Origin: Takakia lepidozioides
Lineage: Eukaryota; Plantae; Bryophyta
Direction of reading: 5' to 3'
DNA length: 64,000 bases
Assembly (NCBI GenBank): GCA_030704615.1
Contig: CM060731.1
Coordinates: 10,602,001-10,666,000 of the forward strand
The position numbers were made by a program, and so were the translations under genes. Position 1 is the stretch's first letter; each line of letters opens with the position of its first letter. Positions 9,649 through 21,409 of the stretch are shown here, in pieces. A model generated the notes under the pieces. That model had not been told where the DNA came from. It saw only the letters and a list, made by a program, of their open reading frames with translations, and did no database searches.

Positions 9649-11739
9649 TCAACAGCGCCATGCAGATGCGGCAACAATTGACTTCGTTTTCCACCCGAGA
9701 ACCAGACATCCCTTTTCTTCTGTGAGGGTGTAGCTCTCATGGCTTGGAAAGAGAGAGAGCCACATTCGAGCCTGGTTGATGAACTTGAGGGGTTGGGGCT
9801 GGAACCCAGCACGAGACATGCGGCGCCGCCATTGATCGACCCTCTCATGTCTCTCCACGCGGGCAGGACCCTCACAGGACACAATATTCTTGATCTCTTG
9901 TGCGAAATGAAATTGCTCGATTTTCACGCGCTGCGTACTGTATCTGGGGAGAATCGCATCGAGAGAGTCAAATATCGCAGAATAGTAATGCAGAGCCTCC
10001 ATGAATCGACCAAGAAAGAAGGGGCCATTGTGGCTAGCATCTTGTTCCACAAGTGTGAAAATTTTGGGAGAGAGATCGTGTATGAACTGTAAGACCGAGT
10101 TAAGGGATCCACGACTTTCCTTGACCACACAGTGGAGCTGGAGCACACTGTTCACTGCCAGGGCCTCCCCCTCTCGCAACTCAAGCCTTGATTTTTGCAG
10201 ATTCTCAAGGGACTCTTCCACCGCATGGAATTCGAAGGGAATCTTATTATCTTGAGCCACTTTGGCGAGTTCAAAGCCAATACTGTTCATTCTCTCCAGG
10301 GAAACACCGACACCAGTGATGCGGAGGAGCTTGGGCGGCCCCTCCGTCCGGACAGCCAAACCTTGAATGAGATATGGCCACTGAAGGCTTTGTGTCATGC
10401 CCAGGTCTATAACGTGGACCCTTTCTTCTCCCTGAAATGCTTCCAGGATTGATTTGTTGGCAGCCGAGTGCCCAAAGAATATATAAGGACACTTGTGGTA
10501 CATCAAACAGTATCCCTCCAACATGTCCTGCTCTGAGGAAGGTCTCTTGGCGGCCGCTAACTTGAACCCTTGGGATCCAGAAACTGCCAGGCGGGCGGTG
10601 AGGCCATCAATGAAGCATTGAGCCACTCGCTGCAACGATCCCCCATATGGAGAAGCCAAGCCTTGGAGCTGATGAAGCAGCATGGTTGCTTGGCGAGCAT
10701 CACGGCAAGCTACTGCCTCGCCACAGGCCAAAAGCAACTGCACCAAATGAACTCCTGCGTTGGAACTATCGTCCACAGACTTTGACAGCGCTGTTAATTT
10801 TTTCAATTGCAAGTCCTCCCAATCCGTTGAGCTGATGGAGGTCTCTTCCAGTGTCGACACTTTTCGTTTGAAGTACTGGAAAGTCTTTTCCCGCAACTGT
10901 GCAGAGGGTGACATTCCTGGGCTGGAGTTTGGAGAGCTCCCATTCTCCAGTTTGTGTACCTTCTGTTTGTAATGCATATTCTGGTTCACATAGATTGATC
11001 GAAACTGCGCACTGATAGATGACATTCCGGAGGTCGAATTTGGAGAGCTTCCTTGGGAGTCCGCGTGCCAGCCCTGAAACCGGCGATTGCTGGAATCCAT
11101 GGAGCTTAATGATGAATCCCTGGAGGGAGGGGATGGGGAGTACGCCTGCACATCAACGCCCGTATTGTATTCTGCAAGACCCGAGTCATCTTGCAGCCTA
11201 CTCTCGAGTTTTAGTTGCTCTACGCGCCTGCTTGAGCTGCGGTTGCGGTCCCACATCATGCGATCGCCACCCCAATGGGAAGACATGCTGGTACATGCAG
11301 ATGATTCAATGGAGAAGTCGGAGCTTGTGAACGATGTCTTATGATCCAACCCACCTTCATCATTCAAGATGCTCCACTGACCGTTATCTTCACTATGAGG
11401 AAGACCAAATTGTTGCGAGTCCTCGTAGTCGAGGAGGGAACCGAATGTGCAGGGCTTGCGTGGACTAGTTGAGACTCCTAGTTTGTCAATTAGATCATCC
11501 AAAGGTGGATCCCAGTATTCGCCAGGACCTGGTTGTGATAGCTCTGAAGGACTCACTTTGTCAAAGTTGGTTCTCTTTTTCTTCTTTGAATCAATAGGCA
11601 CAGCAGGACTGCATGGCATGGACCGCGTGAGTCTGTGGTCCAGAGGGGTATCCGGAGAGTTCCAAGCATTTGAATCCTTTCTGAGGAGATAGATGTGATC
11701 GGGGTTAGAGGAATACAGAGCTGAACTATGTCCAGCCAT
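9649..11739 (-). CDS. RAD1: Intronless GRAS transcription regulator, RAD1 (REQUIRED FOR ARBUSCULE DEVELOPMENT 1) clade
   Basis: GRAS motifs LVQLLLACGEAV, VHVIDLG, RFMEALHYYSAIFDSL, RVERHE, ASAW. The stretch LHCVVKESRGSLNSVLQ..SHNGPFFLGRFME..EIKNIVSCEGP..DQWRRRMSRAGFQ..EEKGCLVLGWK matches RAD1 as I recall it. First ATG is 11739 (the ORF-track start 11778 is TTG). Confidence 0.88.
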   Translation of the reverse strand: MAGHSSALYSSNPDHIYLLRKDSNAWNSPDTPLDHRLTRSMPCSPAVPIDSKKKKRTNFDKVSPSELSQPGPGEYWDPPLDDLIDKLGVSTSPRKPCTFGSLLDYEDSQQFGLPHSEDNGQWSILNDEGGLDHKTSFTSSDFSIESSACTSMSSHWGGDRMMWDRNRSSSRRVEQLKLESRLQDDSGLAEYNTGVDVQAYSPSPPSRDSSLSSMDSSNRRFQGWHADSQGSSPNSTSGMSSISAQFRSIYVNQNMHYKQKVHKLENGSSPNSSPGMSPSAQLREKTFQYFKRKVSTLEETSISSTDWEDLQLKKLTALSKSVDDSSNAGVHLVQLLLACGEAVACRDARQATMLLHQLQGLASPYGGSLQRVAQCFIDGLTARLAVSGSQGFKLAAAKRPSSEQDMLEGYCLMYHKCPYIFFGHSAANKSILEAFQGEERVHVIDLGMTQSLQWPYLIQGLAVRTEGPPKLLRITGVGVSLERMNSIGFELAKVAQDNKIPFEFHAVEESLENLQKSRLELREGEALAVNSVLQLHCVVKESRGSLNSVLQFIHDLSPKIFTLVEQDASHNGPFFLGRFMEALHYYSAIFDSLDAILPRYSTQRVKIEQFHFAQEIKNIVSCEGPARVERHERVDQWRRRMSRAGFQPQPLKFINQARMWLSLFPSHESYTLTEEKGCLVLGWKTKSIVAASAWRC

Positions 11740-13742
11740 AGCAATGCAACTATCAAACTGATCTCTTACGCAGGCCAATTCACGCTATTCTTCTACAGTT
11801 CACCTACAGCTGTTCGCTCCGGACGATTCTTCTTCGTCTTCTTCTTGACGCGGCCGCACCTTCGAAGAGGTTGGGTCAGATTCCAGCCTACCTTTCTGAC
11901 GCGGCCATGAGTGATGACTCTGTCTCCCTCTCTCTTAGCGTCTCTTTTCTCTTTCTCTCTTTTTTCTGCGTCTCTCTCTCCCCTTCTCTCTCTGTCGGAT
12001 CCCCCCTTACCCTCCAGTCTCCGAAGTGTGCACTCCCTTTAATTCTTCTACTAAATACTTATGTCCAGAGAACTTTTCAATCGAGCTGCTACATGTTTTC
12101 TTATCACCCTCAAATAAAGCTCTCTCTGATCTCCCTCGGTGCTCTATATAGTGTAGTCATGCGGGCCACAGTTCGACCCATCCTCTTCCATCTCGCCTAG
12201 TAAGGCACCGAGATCTAAGATTCTATCTCCAGAGCATCTCTATCCAAGTTGCTCCTCTTCGCCTCGGTTCCCTCACTCGGACTTCTCCGAATCTGCTCCA
12301 GATCATCGACTATATCTCTCCTCTCAGAGACTGCGTGCCCCACACGAGATCATTGTGCACTGCAGGTCTAATCGATCCCTCGGAGCTCTGCGAGGTCGCG
12401 TGCAACAAGCATGCACGCAGAGATCTAGTCGGCCCCGCTCAACTAAAGACTGCGGCATTCCGGGTCCCTCTACCCCAAATACATCCTTGCCCAAAATTTC
12501 CTGCGGTAAGACTATTTTTTAAGCTGCCCGCCTAGATCTTCTCCGATCATAGTTACTCACGTCCACCAGATTTTATTTATTTATTTATTTGATGAACAAG
12601 AGACTTGGCCCTGGATGAACTTTATTAAATGATTATTGAAATTAATTAATTAATTAATTAAGTAAATAACTTAATAATCTGGACTATCCTAACCAGTATT
12701 GTGCAGGTAGATCAATTACCCGGTCCATCGAGGGCCTAATGGAGGTTAAAGAAGGTAAGTCAGGGTAAGGGTGAAGGATATATACATGGAGTATCCTTCT
12801 CATTTATCCCTGACCTTTAGCCTTCATACGGGAGAATATTTTTCCTTACTCTTACCACTTCCCGCGGGTAACTATATATGAATGGATGGCAAACCTCTTC
12901 ACCTAGATTTCAGACCTATTGCCATTCCCTAGGCCTTTACTATTAGTTTTCCAATTATTTCTGATTTTTGTGAAAAATCACTGAAACCCAACTAAAAACC
13001 TACTACAAGAACCCAGGCAAAACTAACAGACAAGAGCAGGAAGAATGAGGACACTGAACCCCAGAAACACCTGATTTGAAATTGCATGGTTTTATTTTGC
13101 TTTGTTTGATTATCATCTTTGATAAGGTGAAAACAGGGATTAACGGGGTAACACCAGGTAGTAACCGCTCACAAATCAAACCCCTTAATTTGTACATACT
13201 AGAAAAGTAACCTCAAGTAACCTCATTCAAAGTAACCATGAGGCTGAAAGAGGGTGAATGAGGGGCCTGAAGGCTCAAGGGACTCCGCCCAAGAAAGAGG
13301 GAGAAGATTAGACCATTGTTGGGCGGGTATGTCTCTGAGAACATGACCTACGGGCCAGACTTGTCAACATGAAAACATATCTAAAGCCCGCTGGACCTGG
13401 GCTTGTGAGGAAAGTAAGATTTTTGTTGTTCAGCATATATGCATGATCTATGCTCAGTTTTTCATTGCCGGACGTGGATATAAATGGTTTGTTGGCTCTC
13501 TTGTAGAGAGAGACTTTGCAACATGTTCGAGTCAATGGAGAAAATGTGGTCAAACGACCTTACACCGTGTCAAGGCTCCGATTTGTGTGTTGTGATGAGT
13601 CATGCCCCTTCCTCTCATCCTCTTATGATTTGCCAAAGCAAGAGAGCCCATTGCCGTTTTAGGCTTGTTGTTATAGAAGCCCGCCGGTCATGTATAAGGG
13701 CAAGTCATGAATTTCACTTAAATAGACATATATATGTATGCT

Positions 13743-13965
13743 ATTTTTATTTTTAAAGAAACCTGGGAGCGACTGCTCACAATTCAGGCTCTTGAGGAGG
13801 GGGAAAAATTAACCCCCTTTCAGATATAAACCATTAGGCACACAGGTGGGAAACGTCACCACCAGACCAACCGGTCACGAACAATCCACACACCATGCAG
13901 GGCAGCGGTTTGAACCCCGAACCACCAGGGCGACACACTGTACACTTACCAGCTGAGCTACCAGC
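13743..13965 (-). mobile_element. tRNA-derived SINE
   Basis: Minus strand begins GCTGGTAGCTCAGCTGG (A box), has GGTTCAAACC (B box), ~150 nt unrelated body, and ends agtcgctcccaggtttc + A-rich tail. No complete cloverleaf. Confidence 0.8.
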
Positions 13966-14466
13966 TTAAATGACTCCAACTTCCCTAAAATCTTTGGACC
14001 ACCCTCATTTCATCGAAAATCACCAATTGCTCAAGTACCTGGTGATCTTTGTCCTTTATTTCGTTAACTATCACTAGTCATTTACAACTAGGGCCCGCCT
14101 CGTCAATCTCCTCACTCCACCAGTGGGCCGGATCTCCCACATCTCCAACCCGACTATGTAGGGCTTTTGGCGGATATCGTGGAGCTCTAACAGGCCTATG
14201 CAGGTCTTTGGGCGGGCCCCCAAGGAGTGTAAAACCCGCCTATGTAGGTCTTGGCTAAAAGGTAGGGATGGGTCCAACGCGGTTACGGGCTCTGACCTGT
14301 GCTTGCCCAAAACTGGATTATACCAAAAGGTGGTAGAGGACTTTTGAACCCAGGAATCACCCATGTGGCACTTTGTGCTCTATCCAAGTCATCTACCACG
14401 CACATACTCACAATATCAGTGGTACATACTCTTATAGTACGTCCAAAATGACCACTTGAAGAATAA

Positions 14467-15050
14467 AACAAGCGGCTAGACGCGGATGGCTCCTATTTGC
14501 GAATAGTGAGATCTACTTTCAGCCATAATAAACCTAAAAATTCATTCATTTATCTTTCATAAATTGTTCATGAGAAAGATGTTATCTGAGGGAGGTATTA
14601 GAGTTATCCGTAAATTCAGACCTGAGTTTCATCGTGAGTTGTTAAAAAACGCAATTTCGACGTGAGTTTGTTTTCTCTCCGCAAATTTGCGTAAATGCTT
14701 AAATTTGTTAGGAATCATTAAACACAAGTGCTCTCATAGCGGGCCCTCCGTTGTCGCGAGCCTTCTCAACCTAAACTCACGATGAAACTCCCACCCGGGA
14801 TGTGCATTTGGGCACGTGTTTTGAGTTTGGACCCGAGTTGAATATGACAAAAATTGCTGAAAAACGCGCATCCTAGTTGGATGCGAGTTTCGGCTTGAAA
14901 TGGGTCGGGTCGTTGTGAGTTGATGGAATTTACGGATAACTCTATTACCTGAGAAGAAGTTAGTTTTGAGCAAAGGAGTGGGAGTAACGCTTGGAGAAGA
15001 CATACTTAGATGCGCTTAGCGACTTTTGTCAATGATGTGTAGAGCCAATA
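14467..15050. repeat. Dispersed repeat copy 1 (copy 2 at ~17259-17480); this copy carries a MITE insertion
   Basis: aacaagcggctag.cgcg.atggctcct.tttg.gaatag.gagatctactttca.ccataataaac at both sites; similarity resumes after the MITE. Confidence 0.8.
14601..14942. mobile_element. MITE (non-autonomous TIR element, ~342 bp)
   Basis: Perfect inverted repeat tagagttatccgtaaattc (14599-14617) / gaatttacggataactcta (14926-14944), flanked by TATTA on both sides. The paralogous site near 17380 is empty. Confidence 0.88.
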
Positions 15051-17258
15051 GAAATTTGAGCATAACAAATGCATGGAATGCCCTGTTGTAATTATGAAAA
15101 GGTTGTATATGTGTATATATATATATGACGCCAATCGATAAGAACCTCTTCCCCATGTGGGTACTTGGGCAATAGGTTGTACAGATAATGGGAAGATGAT
15201 CGGTGCTTACTTTTCCTAGAACCTTCCATGACGTGGATCTTGCCAAGGATCATGCCAATTCTTTGGCACTGTTAAATCCTTTGTGCATTTGTCTAGTTTA
15301 CTAACCCAATGAACTACATCCTAAACATATTCATGCATCTATAAATATGAACGTAATATTCCAACTACACCTATCTTGGACTAATTCGACTCTTAATCAA
15401 GAGTATGAGTGCTAAGAATCAAAATCCTTTGCCTAGTCTTGCCTGGCCAACAAACACAAAAATCTATCCTTCAATATAGTCCTTTTGGTATATAGACTTA
15501 ACTTTGGCCACTGGTAGAGGCCCCCAGCACCATGGGGAAAGATGGGGTCAAACTTGACTCCTACATAATTAAGATACTATTCCGAATAACTACTGTCTGC
15601 GATTGGATTTTGTTTCTTATGTGCTACACCAGTGCTTCTTGTGGGATAGGAGTAGGATTAGATTCACTGGCAAGACTCATCTTAACACTCTCTCTCTTCT
15701 TTCAAACTTTGAGTCTTTGTGAAGGAAATGTGAAGGGATCTCTTCTCCTGTGGCAAGGGCACATTTATAAGGTAATTATTTACCTTTACCTTTTATTTAC
15801 CCTTATCCTTATGTGGGGGATTAGGGACATGTTCATGACCAGTTGAGTGTCAGTTTGTCAACATGGAGGTGCCACTAGTTGCTGGGGAGAGTGCCGGTTC
15901 AGTGTATATTGGCATCTACCCCTAACCCAAAGGATAAATAATCGTCAAATTCTTATTTATCTTTATCCATGGGATAAACTTATGTGGACCTACATATAAT
16001 TTACCCTTCCATGGAGGATAAACAATCTTCTCATTTCTATTTACCTGCACAACACACAACACCTGCCTATACGGACGCTGATGTGTTTTCTTACTACCCA
16101 ACCTGGCAGCCCCTCTCAAAATAGGATGTTTTTTCTTATATTAAATTTGTTCAACTAACCCAAATTCAAATTCGTTTGCACAGAGGAGCTAATCAAGATA
16201 TATATGACTGAGTTATTTGTACATATTTTCACAGCCGAGAGATGCATAAAACAAAAGGGCTAAACTAGTATGTCTCAAATTTCAAACCTCGCCTAGTATT
16301 GAGGATTAAAATTTGGCTTCTTGTTTGTTTCCTTGGACCCGGGCAACCCCTTGACAACTAGACGATATGTACAGCAGAAGTAGGAGTGAATATAGATACC
16401 CATTGAAATTATCCTTGTCATCGTTGACTTATTTCATCGCTGATTATATTTTTAGATTATTTCAACTTTGGTCATAAGATATTTTGGTCCATGAATTTTG
16501 GGGGCTTTAAACTGCTGAAGCAATGGTCCAAAATGCCCCCATTGGTTGAATTACGAACTTTTCAACTACTAGATATTTTATCCCTTCATGAGAGAAACTC
16601 GGTTGAAACCCCTCACTACCAGAAAGCAATGGAAGATCTTAGAAAAATAATGGAAAATTATAAATAAAGTGGGGTCAAATTAAAATTTGACTAAAGTAGA
16701 TGAGTGCAATGACTTTATTTGCCGGCACGGGTGGACGCGTTTCTAGAGATGTTAACAACTATGTAACAGATAACCACCAAGGAAAATGGACTGACTATTT
16801 CGAGCTCATATGTGTGCAATTTGCACATCCATGCATCTCGGCCACTTGACTCGAATATTGGCAGCACCGTCCGGATGTCTCTTACAATCATTCTAGTCTT
16901 GAGTTCCGACTGACAAGCCTTGTAGATCAATCAACCAACGGGGAGAACCGGCAGCCAGTTACATGCTAGCCAAGTGGTTTCTAGGAATTTCCGAGTGATA
17001 AATAAATCGGGAAGTTTACATAGGAAATTGACAATTGTTACCACTAAGGGGAAGGCAACCGACTCCCCAACCCACTTATAAGCCGGTTGGTTCTCAGAAT
17101 GAGGGGCCACTGGCTGGTTCAACTCAAATTATTTCCTAGACGCTGAGATGATTGCTTGCTGGATCCGGAACGGCATGTTTTAACCACATTAAGAATATTT
17201 TTGAATATTTCATTTGACACACATAGATCCCATCATTGTATTGTATGGAAACAATATG

Positions 17259-17480
17259 AACAAGCGGCTAGTCGCGTATGGCTCCTCTTTGTGAATAGCG
17301 AGATCTACTTTCATCCATAATAAACTTTAAAATTTATCCATTTATTCTTCGTACAATGTTCAAGATGTTACCTGAGGGAGGTGTTACTTGGATGCCCTTC
17401 ATGAAGTAGTTTGCAACAAAGGAGAGGAGGTGACACCTAGGGAATGCACAACAGGACTTAGCAATTTTTGACACTAATGC
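17259..17480. repeat. Dispersed repeat copy 2 (empty site for the MITE)
   Basis: Homologous to 14467-14600 plus 14948-15050. Confidence 0.8.
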
Positions 17481-20400
17481 GTAGTCTCCTCTTTAGAATA
17501 GAGAGGAGCCAATAAAAAAAAATGAATGATGTAAGAACTTAATAAGGGCCTAGGTTTGAAAGGGGGTGTGGGGATTAGAGAGTGGTCCAGAAATTATGAA
17601 GCGGGAGTTATAGTAAGCTACAACAGGAGTTCAATTAATAACTGTCATATAAGGTGGGGGGGGGGAGGCAGGAAGGTAAGACATATTAAATAGGGGATGG
17701 TTCATAGTTAGATTGGGGTAAGCAGGCGTGGTGGTTTCTAGGAGTGACGTGTGTGAGGGCAGCCTTCTAGAAGGTCCCACCCGCCCCCATGGTATATAAA
17801 GAGAGCCGGGCTCTCTTCCCCTGCATCTTATTATCTACTCTTACTATTTACTATTTACTACTTACTAGTACCTAGGGGGCTTGCACACGTGGGGCCCAAA
17901 AAAAAATGCAGACCATGACATAATAAATTAATAGAAGTAGAGGTGATGAATAAGAGGCCATATGACTATACATGTGTCTGACAGAAACTAACAATTAAAT
18001 TCTAACGACGACTTGAAAGTCAGAGACTAGTTTTAGTATAGAGTAGAGATAGGGTGCTCAGTGACACATCACCACATCATTATTGTCTTATTTTTAAGCT
18101 GCCTGAACTTCACCAGAAAAAACTTTTTTGTCAATCATCGGTCATCATCGTCTTCATTCTGTTGCCCAAAGTGCCCAAATTGGATAAGTGAATCACTTCA
18201 AAGGATCATTTCTATAAAATATATTCTAATAATAATTTATTTATCCATATGTTGTAAGTAAAATAGAGGGCTACATCAGTGTTGCTACACACTACTAGTG
18301 ACGATTTCTGAGAACAATGTTCTTTTCTATTGGAAATATATTTCATTCGAAAAACAATAGGAACAATGTAGCTTTGTGGAGAATAATGGGGTACTGAAAC
18401 AACCAACTCTTACTCCCACATTTCCTATGACAATTAAAAGGCGTAGAAAAGGCAGTAGCAATTCAGGGTGAAGTTACACCATAAGTCACCATACCGAGCA
18501 AATCCTAAGAACATATTGTTTTCAGACTAAGAATTAGATTTATAGCAAATGTTAGGTTGGATGAGTAATTTGTGAGTTTCTTGACCATTGGCAAATTAAG
18601 TACATGGCAAGCGCCTGACTTGCCACGTGGGCGGTCAATCTAGAACCTCATGACACTTCGAAAATTCTAACATGCAGGGGTTTAATCGTTCTTACGCACC
18701 GTTTGTTGAAGTGTGTAGAGGAGAACGGGGCCCACATTTGTCATTCAGATGTCACATCCATCCAAGTTCATCCGGCACGTATGACACCACGTGGATGAAA
18801 AATGACGCGACCTGTTTCGTGAAGTCTGGGCAGGTTCTAAAAAATAACGACAATGATGTGGCATGACGATGATGACATGGCACTAGGGCACCCTATTCCT
18901 GCTCTATGCTAAAACTAGTCTCTGACTTTCAGTCGTCACTAGAATAACTACAAGCACAAGGGCGAGGCTGAGGGGGTGGGGATTTGACTGCGGGCCCCGC
19001 CAAGGGCTTCCGATCTCTGGCGGATAAGCCCTGCGAAAACCCCATCATTGGAAATGGGGCCCAATTTTTGGGATTTTTCGTCAAAATAAATGGATTTTGC
19101 AGTTGGGGATGACATTGCTTGGACCTAAAACTAGTGACAGTTGACCCCCACGTCCCCCTTGTTCCAAGCTCCAACAACCCCAAGATGACCAAAATTGGAG
19201 CCTATTACAATAGTCAGCACTTGGTCAAAGCAGAGGGGCTATGGAGTGCTCATTTGAAGGCTATGCAGATATTATTGTTTTTCAGCATCTGACCTCTCCA
19301 GCTAGTCCTCTCTCTATCTCCTTTTCACCCCCATCTATACATGAAATGCATGGGTGGGATTTCAACCCACTATATTGCCCCTTTGGCAGCCCATACATGC
19401 ACACAAGGGGGGAGCTAGTCTCTCCCCTTATCTACACCCCTGCTTGGATAGGGGACTAAGGCTAATTCTGACCACCATTGCATGTTTCAATGCAGCTACC
19501 AAACTAATAAGTGTTGAACCCTGCCCAACATCCACATTCTGAACTACTTTTTGATTCAAACACATATTGATGCTCATAACTATCTATACCTAAATGCAAC
19601 AAACTATACATTTACAACTGGGAAAAATGGTTGTCATTCTGTCATGTGCTCAAGTTTCCACCTGAGAGACCACAACAAACAACTCAGGCATACTAGCCAA
19701 CAAACATCTAACTTACCAACAGGAGTACCCCAGTCACCCATTCCCAGAACTTTACTTGTACCATAGTATCTATCCAAGCGGCTCTCTATGCCACCCCAAC
19801 TCTATCCAAGTGATTCATTAGCCTATGACCCTCCAATAAAACCTCTTCAAAGCCAATAAGAGCATGAAGCCTGCACTAGCACCTAAACAAACCACAGAGT
19901 TCAAAAGACGAACGCAACATTACCATAGACGAAGGAAAGTAAAAAGGTGGTACCCCCTCCTACACAACAGCTGCCTCATATCTGCAGCAGCAAACAAAGC
20001 ACAACAGCAGTTAGTAAATTGGAGCTCACATGGATTAGCCTCCACTGTGATGCTTTAGAAAGCATGCCCCCAAAGCAGAGGGGTACATCTCCATACAGAG
20101 AGCAAAAATACCTTTGTCTTGCACCACAGGAGACACACTTCCTTCTCCGACTACTTTTCATGAAGAAGTGGAGTGTCCCGGGATTTGCTATACACGTCCT
20201 TGGCATGACTGTTCTCTTGGGACCAACCTATGACCAACCCACCCACCACTCAAAACCCTTAGTCGCTTCTAAATTGCAAAGCAAATGTGATCAAGGGATG
20301 CGATCCCTTGCTGCCATGAATTGCTAGTACATGATGTAGCTATTCACGAAATTGGTGTCAGTAGAATGGATAGTACAGCCTGTGTCACCACTTGTGGTTA

Positions 20401-21350
20401 CGGGTTTGTACACTATAATATCCACGCAATTGGTCTTGAACATCCAGTCCCATCATATGTTCTTGGTAAGTTAAATTATGGTGATAATTATCGTAAGTTA
20501 AGTTATTGTGATAAGTTAACAATTTACCCATAGTCATTCCTATGGTTTTCTTCTTCCGCTGTAGATAAATGAATTGACGTTGATCTAACACGATGTGTGG
20601 AATGAATTGGTAGGACCCCTCATTTTACTTGGAACCCTCCGCTTACCTTTGGAGTTGACTTGCACAGCATGGGTTGTATGCAATTTTTGCGCATGAAAGC
20701 AATACGGCCAAAACAGGTTGAAAAAATCCACCAACAGAGGTGCATCATCATGACCCAATGGAGTTTTCCCTCCAGTTGCCCCCAATCCACCTTACTTTTG
20801 GTAGAGTTTGATCATTACTATTCCACATGTCATCCCTAGAGAGATCCCTATAGCTAAACATGTTTGCTGCCTCCTTATTCAACCAATTTTTTGGCAAAAA
20901 TTATAGATATTGTTTACTAGAAATTTTAATGAAATTTTAATTTTTAATCTAAACAGAATAATCAAAATTAATTGATTTGCGGCTCAGTGTTTTTCCATGG
21001 TTGGAGGTCAAACTCAATGGACCTGCGGATTGGTGGGCATTTCAAGGATATCCCAAGGGAATTTATGGCCAAAGTTGAGGAGTTTTGGTCATTATTTGCA
21101 ACAACACCCATTTTCGGGGGTTTTCAGGCGTTCGTGGCCACCCAAAATCAAAAGAAGAAATTTTGCGGGTCTAAAAGATCTAAGTTTGTCCTAGGATAGG
21201 TAGCGGATGAAGTTCATCTAGTTTTCTAACTATCGACGAAAAATGGCTAATATCTTTTCTCATCTGTGGATAATGGAATATTCTATCCATAATTATTTAT
21301 TATTTTTCTAGTACATATAAGGACTAGGATGGTGGGCTTGCCCATTACTT

Positions 21351-21409
21351 CTTTGTTTTTTTTTTTTTTTTAAAAATTTAAAAGGGAAACACCTGGGAGC
21401 GACTTTGTT
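21351..21409 (-). mobile_element. Very short 5'-truncated retroposed copy sharing the SINE 3' end
   Basis: acctgggagcgact (21391-21404) is identical to 13761-13774, next to a poly-T tail and bracketed by ctttgtt (21351-21357 / 21403-21409). Confidence 0.5.

Noticed and set aside
11780-13700. Symbiosis or phosphate cis-elements (P1BS, MYCS, CYC-RE) in the RAD1 promoter
   Set aside because: No exact match found by eye; needs a motif scan.
13890-13965. Second functional tRNA gene
   Set aside because: A/B boxes are present, but there is no proper acceptor or anticodon stem; body and A tail indicate a SINE.
17530-17900. Solo LTR (TGTAAG start, TATA box)
   Set aside because: No matching CA end with a target-site duplication found.
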